From a virus: 64,000 nucleotides of DNA. Made by a program: the position numbers and the translations under genes. Numbering within the stretch: the first letter of the stretch is position 1; every line of letters starts with the position of its first letter. Location of the stretch: the IMG/VR virus record IMGVR_UViG_3300001505_000001, one strand, 5' to 3'. The notes beneath the pieces were generated by a model. That model was not told the DNA's origin, made no database searches, and was given only the letters and a program-made list of their open reading frames with translations. Positions 47,506 to 57,408 of the stretch are shown piece after piece.

Positions 47506-47544
47506 AATAAAAGACAGGTTTTATTCTGTATAAAAGTCGTCAAC

Positions 47545-47566
47545 CATGCGCTTTATAAGCGTTTTG
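47545..47566 (+). terminator. hairpin gcgctttataagcg plus tttt after the endolysin
   Basis: 5-6 bp stem with 3-nt loop and U-run. Confidence 0.35.
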
Positions 47567-47639
47567 TTAGGCGCACCTAAATTTTTTACCCTCTACTTTT
47601 TATGTAGGGGGTGTTTACATATTAATGGAGGTTATTATA

Positions 47640-48620
47640 ATGGAAAGAAACAATATTTATAGTGAAGAAATATATAAAAAAGTAAATGATGAATCAAAAG
47701 AGCTTTTAAATGATTATATATTAGAGTTAAAGGTTCGTAATCGAGCAGAAAAGACAATTACACAATATGAATTTGATTGTAAAATGTTTATGTGTTATGT
47801 TTATGATAACATGAACAACAAATCATTACTTGATTTAAAACGCCGAGATTTTAGGAATTTCTTTTTATTCTTAAAAGAGAGTGGAAAATCAGCAGCAAGA
47901 ATCAACCGTGTTCAATCTTCAATAAGAAATCTCTTACAGTTTGCCGAAGACGACGAAGAAATATACGAAGATTATGAAGTTAATCCTATGAGAAAAATTA
48001 AATCAGTTGAGAAAGAACCTGTTAGAGAGATTGTGTTCTTAACAGATGAACAAGTTACTTATTTAATTGATTATTTATTAGAGAAAGGTAAAACACAAAA
48101 AGCATTGTTTGTTAGTTTTGCTTATGATAGCGTAGCTCGTAGAAATGAAATATCACAAGTTCAAAAATATAGTTTCCAAGACACAACTAAATCAAGCACT
48201 AACGAAGTTGTGGGTAAACGTGGAAAGAGATTTAAGTTAATGTATTCTCAGCGTACTAAAGACCTTGCTAAAGAATGGCTGGCTGAACGTGGAGAAGATG
48301 ATGTTGATAGCTTGTGGATAAGTTACTATAATGGTAAACCACGTGCTATTGTATATGACACATTTTATTCTTGGGCTATATCATTTAGAAGTATATTAGA
48401 AGAAAAATACGATGTAGATTTACCATTAAATGCTCACTCGTTCCGTCATAGTGGAGCTGAGAATTATGAAAATGGTACACATAGCTCATTACAATTTATG
48501 GGTAAAGATAGCTTAAACATAAACGAACTAAAAATATTAATGAATCATGAAAGTATTGATATTACTAATAGTTATTTAAGAAATAAAGACCAAGAAATAT
48601 TGGAAAATTTATTCTCATAA
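47640..48620 (+). CDS. tyrosine recombinase (XerC/XerD-phage integrase family)
   Basis: N-terminal core-binding (SAM-like) domain. Catalytic ARRNE, HSFRHS, NSYLR (R..HxxR..Y). SD ggagg plus ATG at 47640. Confidence 0.7.
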   Translation: MERNNIYSEEIYKKVNDESKELLNDYILELKVRNRAEKTITQYEFDCKMFMCYVYDNMNNKSLLDLKRRDFRNFFLFLKESGKSAARINRVQSSIRNLLQFAEDDEEIYEDYEVNPMRKIKSVEKEPVREIVFLTDEQVTYLIDYLLEKGKTQKALFVSFAYDSVARRNEISQVQKYSFQDTTKSSTNEVVGKRGKRFKLMYSQRTKDLAKEWLAERGEDDVDSLWISYYNGKPRAIVYDTFYSWAISFRSILEEKYDVDLPLNAHSFRHSGAENYENGTHSSLQFMGKDSLNINELKILMNHESIDITNSYLRNKDQEILENLFS

Positions 48621-48656
48621 AAAACAAGACTACTGTAACAGTAGTCTTTATACATA

Positions 48657-48977
48657 TTATTCTAGTTCTAAATAGGAGCCTATTATTTTAATATCTTTTG
48701 AATCGAAGTTAGCTAGACTTTCAACAATATTAGCATTCAATCCTCTAATATTAGCTACACCATCTATAATTTCATCAACGTAGAACATAAGACCATCAAT
48801 TTCTAACATATCAAATGTAAATATATTATTATTATTCTTGTCCACTTTTCCTACTGTTACACATGTAGTACAATGAATATTGTGATGTAGTCTACCAAAA
48901 TTCCATTTATCATCATCAATAAGTTCTGCATTGTGATACATTATTTTATTAGCATTATCCCAAATTTTAAATTCCAT
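48657..48977 (-). CDS. YopX-like protein
   Basis: MEFKIWDNANKIMY fits the YopX N-terminal pattern M-x-F-R-x-W-D-x-x-x-K-x-M. Confidence 0.5.
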   Translation of the reverse strand: MEFKIWDNANKIMYHNAELIDDDKWNFGRLHHNIHCTTCVTVGKVDKNNNNIFTFDMLEIDGLMFYVDEIIDGVANIRGLNANIVESLANFDSKDIKIIGSYLELE

Positions 48978-49208
48978 TCATTCATCAACCTTTTCTAATT
49001 TTACTTTAGATAATACAGAATAATCTACTTCTCCTAGTTCAACTAAATCTAATAACATTTCGTCATAAGATACATTGTTCATTATATATGAATACCTTTT
49101 AGCAATGAATTTTCTTAGTTGTTGAATAAATGTGTTAAATGACACTCTTCTATTTATTTGGTGGTGCAATTGAGCAAACCACTCTTTACTAGTTATTTGT
49201 TGCTCCAT
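48978..49208 (-). CDS. hypothetical protein (76 aa)
   Basis: ORF in the leftward array. Confidence 0.4.
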   Translation of the reverse strand: MEQQITSKEWFAQLHHQINRRVSFNTFIQQLRKFIAKRYSYIMNNVSYDEMLLDLVELGEVDYSVLSKVKLEKVDE

Positions 49209-49492
49209 ACATCCTCCTTAAGTGAATAGTAGTCTTCTGATATATTGTTTAAAATATATTCTTTGATTAAATTATATTTTAAATTTTGATAACTATACCA
49301 TCTTTCTAACATATCATAAGGGAAATAGATATAGTGTTTTTGTTTTGTTATCATATTGGTAATTTCAGCTTCTACCATATCTGGTAAATTATTATCTATT
49401 TCAGTTACTTTAAAATACTCAAAAGTCATTCTCTTTAGAATATTAGTGATTCTCTCTTTTATCATTAATAAATTCCTCCGGATAACTTGCAA
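49193..49492 (-). CDS. hypothetical protein (start uncertain, about 90 aa)
   Basis: ORF in the array. Overlaps neighbours. Confidence 0.35.
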   Translation of the reverse strand: MQVIRRNLLMIKERITNILKRMTFEYFKVTEIDNNLPDMVEAEITNMITKQKHYIYFPYDMLERWYSYQNLKYNLIKEYILNNISEDYYSLKEDVWSNK

Positions 49493-49697
49493 TTGTTTTT
49501 ACTGATGTTTCATATGGCGCTTTTAATGATAATGTTACTTGCGCTCCTAAAAATTCTTTATTTAAACTAGTGTAATGAGATTTAACATTTACATTTAACA
49601 CTTTATATCGTGGATAATTTTCAACAAACTCATTTAATCTATCGTTTAATTCTAAAATATCATTACCATATATTTCATCAATAATTATTTTTTCCAT
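49443..49697 (-). CDS. hypothetical protein (84 aa)
   Basis: ORF in the array. Confidence 0.4.
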   Translation of the reverse strand: MEKIIIDEIYGNDILELNDRLNEFVENYPRYKVLNVNVKSHYTSLNKEFLGAQVTLSLKAPYETSVKTIASYPEEFINDKRENH

Positions 49698-49963
49698 TGT
49701 TTTTCCTCCTGTAAATTAACATCAATCTTAGTTGCCATATCTAATTTAATAAACATGCTTTGTAGTTCGAATTTAATTTTCTTTCCAATTATTTTGTTTT
49801 TTACTCCTTTTAATTTTCCTATTAAGGATATAGTTTCAAAAATCATATAACAAATATCATTATAATCAGAAAGATATATGGCTTTTCTTTTTTTATTATA
49901 ACATCTATTAAATTCAAAGTCAATCTGTCGTTTTAATTGTTTGATTTCTTCTAATAGCTCCAT
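49685..49963 (-). CDS. hypothetical protein (92 aa)
   Basis: ORF in the array. Confidence 0.4.
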   Translation of the reverse strand: MELLEEIKQLKRQIDFEFNRCYNKKRKAIYLSDYNDICYMIFETISLIGKLKGVKNKIIGKKIKFELQSMFIKLDMATKIDVNLQEEKQWKK

Positions 49964-49966
49964 TTA

Positions 49967-50500
49967 TCATTCTCCTTTTATCTCATTACACATATATTGT
50001 AACATATCTTGACTGTCTGCGTCAAGTACAATATCAGCAAAATATGGAGCCGAAACAAATAAATCTCTGTCAACTGATAATCTTCTATTTACTTCATCAA
50101 TAGAATCTCCACGTTCTTTTGCTCTCTGTCTGATTAAATCTTCAGAAGCATTTATATAAACGGAGGTTACTAAACTCCCAAACTCATCTTTAATAGCTCT
50201 AAGACCTTCTGGGTCAGTTATAACTATTTTTTCTTGTATTGGAATTAAATCTTCTTTTTTCATTGCATAAATAAATGGTTCTTCTCTGTATTTAGTATAA
50301 AAATATCTATGTCCAAAGTATTGTGGATTTTCTAATTCTTTTGTTGAAACAAAATGATAATCTTTGCCATTAATTTCTCCATCTCTCATAGGTCTGTTGG
50401 TATATGTTGTTACTTGCTCAATTCCTGTAGATGTTACCAAATCTTTTACTAAAGTTGTTTTCCCACTAAGTGTTTGTCCAACTATTGCATATATTTTCAT
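49967..50500 (-). CDS. guanylate kinase-like nucleoside monophosphate kinase
   Basis: P-loop GQTLSGKTTL and TYTNRPMRDGEINGKDYHFVS (guanylate kinase signature T-T-R-x-x-R-x-x-E-x-x-G-x-x-Y-x-F-[VI]). SD aaggagg. Confidence 0.7.
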   Translation of the reverse strand: MKIYAIVGQTLSGKTTLVKDLVTSTGIEQVTTYTNRPMRDGEINGKDYHFVSTKELENPQYFGHRYFYTKYREEPFIYAMKKEDLIPIQEKIVITDPEGLRAIKDEFGSLVTSVYINASEDLIRQRAKERGDSIDEVNRRLSVDRDLFVSAPYFADIVLDADSQDMLQYMCNEIKGE

Positions 50501-50523
50501 AAATAACTTCCTCCTTTGATTAT

Positions 50524-50557
50524 ATTATATAATAAAAAGAAAAGTCCTGTCAAGGAC
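50524..50557 (-). promoter_or_regulatory. Terminator-promoter module C: hairpin gtccTGTCAAggac. On the minus strand TTGACA (50553-50548) -18- TATAAT (50529-50524).
   Basis: Hairpin overlaps the Pnkp stop codon. Consensus promoter serving the guanylate kinase gene. Confidence 0.5.
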
Positions 50558-52857
50558 TAATCTTGTGTTTCTTTGTAATAATCATTTCTTAAAGTAATAA
50601 TGTCATTCTCTAAACATTCTTTATCTTGTTGTTTCGCCCAATAGTAGAAATTAGTAAGCGTTTTGTCTTTTTGTAAAATCGCTTGAATAGGTCTTCTCTG
50701 TAAATTGCCTTTTGATAATGATTCTACTAAGCTACGCATATATTTCCAGTTATTATAATATGGTGTTTTATATTTTAACATAAAGCCACTATTATCCTCA
50801 AACACAAACCCCTCTATTGCAATTGAGCTGTCTCTTTCCAAATCTTTATAGAAATTAAACAAATCATTCCAATTAGAGAAAGAAAAATGAGGTGTAGATA
50901 TATTTTTATCAATACCAATAATATTTACTGCAACGTAAACAAGAGTTTCATTAAATAATTTGTTGAATTTAAGAGTATTATCAATAGCGTCTAATAAAAC
51001 CACTCTTCTTTTACCTGCCTCATAGATAATATGTGGGTCATTAATGTTGTCTATTACCTCAAACAGCAGTGTTCTATTCATGTCTTTTAAATACTCTTTT
51101 GCAGATTCAATTTGCTCATTATTCCATGTTTCTTCAACAATTTCTTTAAATAATAAAGCAAAATCATTATCATATTGTGATAAATGAGTTCTTGATTTAC
51201 TAGCATAAATTAACTTATCTCGATTACTATCATAAAACATTAATCCTAAGAATCCATTATATTTTAATGAAGCAGTAACTGGGAATTTTAAAGTGTCGGG
51301 CAAATTCTCTAAATTGGTCTCGGGTCTTTCATTAATATTGAAAAATTTATTATAACCTCTGCCAACAATTTCATTCGTGCTTTCATCAATAAACAATCCT
51401 CTAGCAGTAACAGATAATTGATTCCAATGTTTTCTTTTAAATGCTCTTTTAGTGAAGTTCACAGATACTACATTATCATATTGTGGAACTACTTTAATAT
51501 ATTTATCTTCTTTTGCAAGTCTTAAATACTCTTCAACTGTTAAATTGGTGTCAATATCTTTTGTATAATCATTATTTAATAGAAATTTGGAATTAAATAT
51601 TTCATTTTTAATTTCGTGTGGCGTTAAAGTATTATCACTATTAATTGTAACAGCTCTTAAGGAACCACCTTTTTCAACTCTGCCTTCTAAATTGATAGAT
51701 TGTTTTGTTATATTTAATGGTTCTCTATAAAGATTTCTGTGTCCATGAATTTGTATAGTGTCTGAATTTTCCCATTGTTCATCAATTTGATATTCATATC
51801 CACCTACGCCATTAATAATTTGATGTGTAGATACTAAATTAATATCATCTAACATATTAGGCAAAATACCACCATGATTAATCATATAGTATTGACCTTT
51901 GTAATTAAAGTATAACATTTGTTGTAAACTATGAACGATACGTCTTACTCTTTTTTGACTAACACCATAATTCAAAAATTCTTTAAGAGTAGGAACAAAC
52001 CCTCTAGCATGAAACAATTCTATTGCAGTATCAAAAAATGTTTCATTTGTAGTATTTGAATCGTCTAATGCGTTATTTAATTTTAGATATTTATCTTCAT
52101 CTAAAAAAGCGTATCTTCTTAAATGTTTTTCATGATTACCTTCCAACAATACTACATTAGGTTGTTTGTAAATTAGTTCTAAATAGTCAAACATCTCTTT
52201 GGTTTCTAAACCTCTATCAAAGTAATCTCCAACAAAAATAAATAGTTCATTTGGATTATCAATAATTTTTTGGTAACTTGCAAATTGATTAATTGCTGTA
52301 AAGCATGAGTGAATATCTCCAATAACATGTATTTTATCATAATTGTCGGTATCAAGGAAGTCTTTATCCCATTTAATCTCATTCATTAATTTATTTGGTT
52401 TAATTTCTGTAGCATAACTAGGGATATGTTCATGCTGTAATCTTTCATAAATATTATAAATTACTTCTTCTGGAACTTTCTTTAACTCTTCTCTTTGGTT
52501 ATTGCGTTCAATTAATGTGTCTAAATCTTGTTCAACAGTTACTACATAAGTACGATAACGATATTTACGTGCTAATGTTTCATATTTTTTAATTAATTTT
52601 CCTGTAGAATGTGTAGCGTCAATAACAGTAAAATCCCCATTAATCATCCTTTCTTCAAGAATTTCCATTAGATTATCCCAAACTTGATTATCGTGTTTTT
52701 GTGAGATAACTCTCATTCCTTGTTCATTATACACAGGGCTTGTGTGCATTTGTCTAAGTTCATCTGGAGATATTGTGTATGGCTCTAAACCATTCTCCTT
52801 AATAAAAGTAGACTTACCAGCCCCTGGTACGCCTCTCATTAATACTAATTGTTTCAT
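50557..52857 (-). CDS. Pnkp-like RNA-repair enzyme: polynucleotide kinase (P-loop) plus calcineurin-type phosphoesterase plus C-terminal ligase-like nucleotidyltransferase domain
   Basis: GVPGAGKST (kinase P-loop). GDIHSC, GDYFDRG, GNHE (metallophosphatase motifs I-III). C-terminal domain with lysine motif KYNGF (KxDG-like). SD aaaggag before MKQLVLMRG (ATG at 52857; the track ORF starts 12 codons earlier). Confidence 0.6.
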   Translation of the reverse strand: MKQLVLMRGVPGAGKSTFIKENGLEPYTISPDELRQMHTSPVYNEQGMRVISQKHDNQVWDNLMEILEERMINGDFTVIDATHSTGKLIKKYETLARKYRYRTYVVTVEQDLDTLIERNNQREELKKVPEEVIYNIYERLQHEHIPSYATEIKPNKLMNEIKWDKDFLDTDNYDKIHVIGDIHSCFTAINQFASYQKIIDNPNELFIFVGDYFDRGLETKEMFDYLELIYKQPNVVLLEGNHEKHLRRYAFLDEDKYLKLNNALDDSNTTNETFFDTAIELFHARGFVPTLKEFLNYGVSQKRVRRIVHSLQQMLYFNYKGQYYMINHGGILPNMLDDINLVSTHQIINGVGGYEYQIDEQWENSDTIQIHGHRNLYREPLNITKQSINLEGRVEKGGSLRAVTINSDNTLTPHEIKNEIFNSKFLLNNDYTKDIDTNLTVEEYLRLAKEDKYIKVVPQYDNVVSVNFTKRAFKRKHWNQLSVTARGLFIDESTNEIVGRGYNKFFNINERPETNLENLPDTLKFPVTASLKYNGFLGLMFYDSNRDKLIYASKSRTHLSQYDNDFALLFKEIVEETWNNEQIESAKEYLKDMNRTLLFEVIDNINDPHIIYEAGKRRVVLLDAIDNTLKFNKLFNETLVYVAVNIIGIDKNISTPHFSFSNWNDLFNFYKDLERDSSIAIEGFVFEDNSGFMLKYKTPYYNNWKYMRSLVESLSKGNLQRRPIQAILQKDKTLTNFYYWAKQQDKECLENDIITLRNDYYKETQD

Positions 52858-52870
52858 AATAATTTCTCCT

Positions 52871-53218
52871 TTATTTTTTAATGTATACATCATATTTAGT
52901 ATCTAATTCTCTATAACCTGTTAGGAAATAGAGTTTACTTTTCTTTGATACTGTATATATTGTTTTCTTTACATAACTTTTATTACTCTCATGTACTTTC
53001 ACATCAACAGAAGATACTGCTGCTGTCTCATTAAATTGTTCTGTTGAAATTACTGTGCTATTACTTTCTCTTAAAGCTACTGCTTTAGGTAAATATAAAA
53101 TGAGTATTAATGTTATAAAACCTACAGTAGCTAAAATATAAAATAAATTATTAGACCTAGTTATACCTATATAAAATGATACCACTGTTAAAACTAAAAT
53201 AATAAAATTAAAAACCAT
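52871..53218 (-). CDS. membrane protein (115 aa, 2 TM)
   Basis: N-terminal hydrophobic helices. Confidence 0.45.
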   Translation of the reverse strand: MVFNFIILVLTVVSFYIGITRSNNLFYILATVGFITLILILYLPKAVALRESNSTVISTEQFNETAAVSSVDVKVHESNKSYVKKTIYTVSKKSKLYFLTGYRELDTKYDVYIKK

Positions 53219-53514
53219 TAATTTTCTCCTTGTTTAAAATATTCATTAGATAGAAATGCTAATTTTTTTATTTCTTTTCTATTGGTTAAACTTAAATGTT
53301 TCTTTTTGTTACCTTTTATAATGTCTATTTCATATAACCAACCATCAAAATACGGTTTACTCAAATATTTCATTATTTCTCTTTCTAAATATATAGGATA
53401 ATCCGCTTTAATGTATATACATTTTGAACTAGGTAAGTACATTGAATATCTAAGTTGTTGTTTAGTCTTTTTTTCTGGTATATCATTAAACCAGTTTACA
53501 ATATGATGCCACAT
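53218..53514 (-). CDS. hypothetical protein (98 aa)
   Basis: ORF in the array. Overlapping stop/start. Confidence 0.45.
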   Translation of the reverse strand: MWHHIVNWFNDIPEKKTKQQLRYSMYLPSSKCIYIKADYPIYLEREIMKYLSKPYFDGWLYEIDIIKGNKKKHLSLTNRKEIKKLAFLSNEYFKQGEN

Positions 53515-53531
53515 TTATTATTTACACTCCT

Positions 53532-53732
53532 TTAAATTATTCTATTAGCTTTCTCTAATGCTATCAACAATTCAGTCATTACATCTCTTTTTTCAGAATT
53601 AGAGACTGGTAAATCAAGGTATTCCTTAATAATTTTATGTGCTTGGACATAACTTAGGTCATCAATACTTTCTGATTTACTTACTACTTTGTTTGCTTCA
53701 TCATGTAAATTTTTAATTTGTTTATTATTCAT
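53532..53732 (-). CDS. hypothetical protein (66 aa)
   Basis: ORF in the array. Confidence 0.4.
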   Translation of the reverse strand: MNNKQIKNLHDEANKVVSKSESIDDLSYVQAHKIIKEYLDLPVSNSEKRDVMTELLIALEKANRII

Positions 53733-53809
53733 AATAAATTCTCCTTTATCCTTTTGTTATATTATACTTTACGTTATACCTGTATATTTGTCAAGGTTTT
53801 TATCGTTGT

Positions 53810-54205
53810 TTATTTTAGATTGTCTATTGTTTCTTTAATTAAATAACCTTCTGGATTTGTTATTTCTTGAATACTCATAGGTATTCCTAGAATTACAGCA
53901 CCTAGTAAAAGAAGAGTAAGAAAACCACTAACAATAAGAGCTATATAACCCAAATAAGTAGGGTCTACGTTTGAATTATAATCTTTTTCAAATAACATTG
54001 AAACATTACATTTAACACATTTTTTATAAGATTTATATAAAACAATCCACGATATAATTGTAACAATTAAAATTGCTATAATAGATATTAAATCAAAAAT
54101 CCCTTGCATAACGGTGTGTTTAATTAAACTTTCATATCCATGTGAACCAACTTTTTCTAACTTTTCCCCTAATTGATTAAAACTTTCTAATGTTTCTTTA
54201 TTCAA
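53810..54205 (-). CDS. membrane protein (131 aa)
   Basis: Two long hydrophobic segments. Confidence 0.45.
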   Translation of the reverse strand: MNKETLESFNQLGEKLEKVGSHGYESLIKHTVMQGIFDLISIIAILIVTIISWIVLYKSYKKCVKCNVSMLFEKDYNSNVDPTYLGYIALIVSGFLTLLLLGAVILGIPMSIQEITNPEGYLIKETIDNLK

Positions 54206-54215
54206 AATAATTACC

Positions 54216-54716
54216 TCACTTTTTTATTATGCTAATATCTAAAAAATCATTATCTCTTATTTTACGGTTCTCAATATTAATATTTTTATTATTTTCAAGA
54301 TTAATTTTATCTCCTGATTCTATGTTTTTACTGTGTCTAGAATTAATAACATACAATTCATTTTTAGTATCTTTAAAGTATATTTTTTGCTCTATTGCAT
54401 CTCTATCATCTACTTTTGGTTTAAAGTTTTCTACTTCTGTTACTTTAGTATAGCCTTTTGTTTCATAAATTTTATCTTTGACAAGTAAATAATTCATTGT
54501 TAAACCAAAGATAGTAACACCAAATACTAATGGAGGTATAACTATAGAATGAAGTATAAAAGATGAAGATAATTTTATTTTTTCTACACTTAAAAAGAAT
54601 ATTGAAAAAACAATAACAGCAAATATAGATACAGTAATACCTGTTACAATAAGGTCAGCATTAAATTTTTCTTTTAAAAACTCAAAATAACCTATATCTA
54701 CTTTATTTATACTCAT
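54216..54716 (-). CDS. membrane protein (166 aa)
   Basis: Two N-terminal TM segments. Confidence 0.45.
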   Translation of the reverse strand: MSINKVDIGYFEFLKEKFNADLIVTGITVSIFAVIVFSIFFLSVEKIKLSSSFILHSIVIPPLVFGVTIFGLTMNYLLVKDKIYETKGYTKVTEVENFKPKVDDRDAIEQKIYFKDTKNELYVINSRHSKNIESGDKINLENNKNINIENRKIRDNDFLDISIIKK

Positions 54717-54717
54717 A

Positions 54718-55200
54718 TTAAATCCCCTTTATACTTTTTAGTAACTCATTATACTCATAAACATATCCTTTAACTTTTGAATGTTCTAATAACGATACAA
54801 TATAATTTGAACTAGACCCACTTTCAAAGTCTTCTGTTGAAACATCTGTATGATTAATTCTAAAATCAGATAAATAGATGCGTTCTTTTCCACCTACTAA
54901 ATCAACATTAACTACAGCTCTATTAATAATACTTGAAGCACTCTCTGAATCATTTATATTTAAAAGTACTTCATCTTCAAATTCAATAATTGCTTTATCA
55001 TAAATTTCTTTATTATCTATATCGTTAACACCACTATAAAATAAAATATTTACATGGTCTGTAACATCTGCAAGCATACCTGATTCTTCATCATAATTTA
55101 AATCTCCAGCAAGTACAGTACCATTAGGAAGTAAGCAAACATCACAGTAATCAATGAATTCTTTGTTCATTGTATTCCAAACTATATATTTAAAAGTCAT
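54718..55200 (-). CDS. hypothetical protein (160 aa), possible YopX-like N-terminus
   Basis: MTFKYIVWNTMNKEF loosely resembles the YopX start. Confidence 0.4.
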   Translation of the reverse strand: MTFKYIVWNTMNKEFIDYCDVCLLPNGTVLAGDLNYDEESGMLADVTDHVNILFYSGVNDIDNKEIYDKAIIEFEDEVLLNINDSESASSIINRAVVNVDLVGGKERIYLSDFRINHTDVSTEDFESGSSSNYIVSLLEHSKVKGYVYEYNELLKSIKGI

Positions 55201-55224
55201 TTATATTTAACTCCTTTTTAATTA

Positions 55225-55425
55225 TTACTGATTAGGTAAACCAGCTTCTAGACATTCATTATATGCTCTTTCGTTATCAATTTCTGTTCTATAATAATCA
55301 ATGATTTGTCCTATTTCAAGATGTGTCATTCTATTAATTTCACTTGCTTTATATATTTCATCATTTTTTAATCCGTATTCTTTTTGTAATCCTTGTACAT
55401 ACTTAATTTGTTTCTTTGTAGCCAT
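55225..55425 (-). CDS. hypothetical protein (66 aa)
   Basis: ORF in the array. Confidence 0.35.
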   Translation of the reverse strand: MATKKQIKYVQGLQKEYGLKNDEIYKASEINRMTHLEIGQIIDYYRTEIDNERAYNECLEAGLPNQ

Positions 55426-55440
55426 TATAAACTACCTCCT

Positions 55441-55986
55441 TTACAAATTTAATTTGTTCATAAGTTTTTCGAAATCATTTAAACCATCTAATTTATCCAT
55501 ATTCTTAATATCTTGTTCTAAAATATTTAAAGTTCTTTCCACTGGTTGAGCTACATAGCTAAAATCTTCTACTTCTTCTAATTTCTTGTAGCCATATTTA
55601 TAAGCATCTATTTTTTCCTTTTTATACTTAAACCATATATCTTTATACTTATTATTTTCTTCTTTGTCATTATTTCTTTCATATAATAGTTCCTTAATGA
55701 TTTGTTCATAGTCTAAAATTGAATAATCATTTGAAAAGCTAGTTAAAGAATCATTGTTGATTTCATTAACATCTATATTTTTTGTTATTTCTAACCAATC
55801 TTCCTTACTCAATGTTGTGGTATATTCCCTGCTTTTATCTCCCATTGAATTTGGCGGCTCTATAATATGACAAAATCTACAATCTTTATTCATACATACT
55901 AAATAAGTTACGCTTGTTGTCACACTTTCTACTTTATTATACCCACAATTAGGACAATAACTATAATATCTTACCATTTTCATCAT
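55441..55986 (-). CDS. zinc-ribbon protein (181 aa; CPNCG ... CMNKDCRFC)
   Basis: N-terminal CxxC-x17-CxxxxCxxC motif. Confidence 0.45.
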   Translation of the reverse strand: MMKMVRYYSYCPNCGYNKVESVTTSVTYLVCMNKDCRFCHIIEPPNSMGDKSREYTTTLSKEDWLEITKNIDVNEINNDSLTSFSNDYSILDYEQIIKELLYERNNDKEENNKYKDIWFKYKKEKIDAYKYGYKKLEEVEDFSYVAQPVERTLNILEQDIKNMDKLDGLNDFEKLMNKLNL

Positions 55987-56393
55987 TCCTTTATTGTTTT
56001 AATTATTATTACTATAACACCTATCACAATAATTGTCAATATAATATATAAAAATAATATTGGATGAATAAAACATAGTGCTAATATTGAAAATATACAA
56101 CCACCTAATATACCACACAACAATAACTTATACCATTTAACTTTTTCTTCTTGATTGAAATCATTAAGAAAGATAATAACTATACTAAATACAGAAAAAA
56201 ACCAAATCATAGCGGGTGTGGTTAAAATATATGATTGAATATTGAAATGGTTTAATATTAAACTAGGAAGTATTGCAATAAAAGATATTACACCAATTAT
56301 AATAACAATTCCAGACAAAACTAATAACACTAATATTATAGGTAATAGTAAGTATTCCCACAAATTTTTAAATAGTTTTTTAATAAAATTCAT
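55983..56393 (-). CDS. membrane protein (136 aa, 4 TM)
   Basis: Four hydrophobic segments. Confidence 0.45.
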   Translation of the reverse strand: MNFIKKLFKNLWEYLLLPIILVLLVLSGIVIIIGVISFIAILPSLILNHFNIQSYILTTPAMIWFFSVFSIVIIFLNDFNQEEKVKWYKLLLCGILGGCIFSILALCFIHPILFLYIILTIIVIGVIVIIIKTIKE

Positions 56394-56412
56394 TAATTTT
56401 TTCTCCTTTAAT

Positions 56413-56604
56413 TTATTTATATCCTATCATAAGAGATTGAGAAATAAAAGAAAATAAAGTAATAACTTGTCTTTCAGTTAGGTCAGGGTGGGTAAAATTA
56501 ATTTTATTAATATATTCAACTACATCATTAAAGCTATTAAACGTAATCCCATCTACATAAATTTCTTTCTCTACTAAACTTTCTAAAGCGTCTTCATAAT
56601 ACAT
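56413..56604 (-). CDS. hypothetical protein (63 aa)
   Basis: ORF in the array. Confidence 0.35.
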   Translation of the reverse strand: MYYEDALESLVEKEIYVDGITFNSFNDVVEYINKINFTHPDLTERQVITLFSFISQSLMIGYK

Positions 56605-56632
56605 AATTAATTCCTCCTATAAAATTTATGTT

Positions 56633-56869
56633 TTAACCCGCATCATAATGGTTATCATTTAAATCATAATCTGTATTTACAGGTCTAACTCTATCCCAGT
56701 CTATACTTGCTTTAAACTTAGGTCTAAAATCTCCATCTCCATCGGCATATATAGAAACTGTTCTTGATGCACCTAAATTACCTAAATATTCCATTTTATC
56801 TAACATTGACATAAAATCATTAACCCATCTTTCTTCCATTTCAACTTCAATTGTAAATTTCTTTTTCAT
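56633..56869 (-). CDS. hypothetical protein (78 aa)
   Basis: ORF in the array. Confidence 0.4.
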   Translation of the reverse strand: MKKKFTIEVEMEERWVNDFMSMLDKMEYLGNLGASRTVSIYADGDGDFRPKFKASIDWDRVRPVNTDYDLNDNHYDAG

Positions 56870-56898
56870 AATATTTCCTCCTATATAAATTGTATGTT

Positions 56899-57408
56899 TT
56901 AAATTCTTTCAATTGTATCAGTGTTTAAATTCAAACAATATTTTACCTTTTTATCTAGTCCTCCTTTAGTGAAACCCTCGGATGTTCCTTGCCCTTGCAT
57001 ATAAAAATACTTAAACAGTTCATTATTGTATCGTAAGTATATATCCATACCGAAATATGTTTCAATATAAAATGGAGGATATTCCATCACATTATCATTG
57101 TAAAAGTTATTGATATACTTACAAATAGATTCTAACTCTTGATGCATAAACTCTTCACTTGAATATAGATGTTTATACTTATCGTTATAGAGATACAGAA
57201 TATCTTCTGTTGAGATACTTCCGAGTATCTCAATTGTCTCAGTAAACATTTTATTTAAATCAAAATCTTTGTTTTTGGCTTTCTTTAAAATTAAATTTCT
57301 TCTATTTTCTTTTTCTTTTAATCCATTATTAATGCTTTCTATTTGTTCATCAGTCATATTTGATATATTTTTCAATATTTTATCAAATTTGTCATCTATA
57401 TTACTCAT
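56899..57408 (-). CDS. hypothetical protein (169 aa)
   Basis: ORF in the array. Confidence 0.45.
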   Translation of the reverse strand: MSNIDDKFDKILKNISNMTDEQIESINNGLKEKENRRNLILKKAKNKDFDLNKMFTETIEILGSISTEDILYLYNDKYKHLYSSEEFMHQELESICKYINNFYNDNVMEYPPFYIETYFGMDIYLRYNNELFKYFYMQGQGTSEGFTKGGLDKKVKYCLNLNTDTIERI

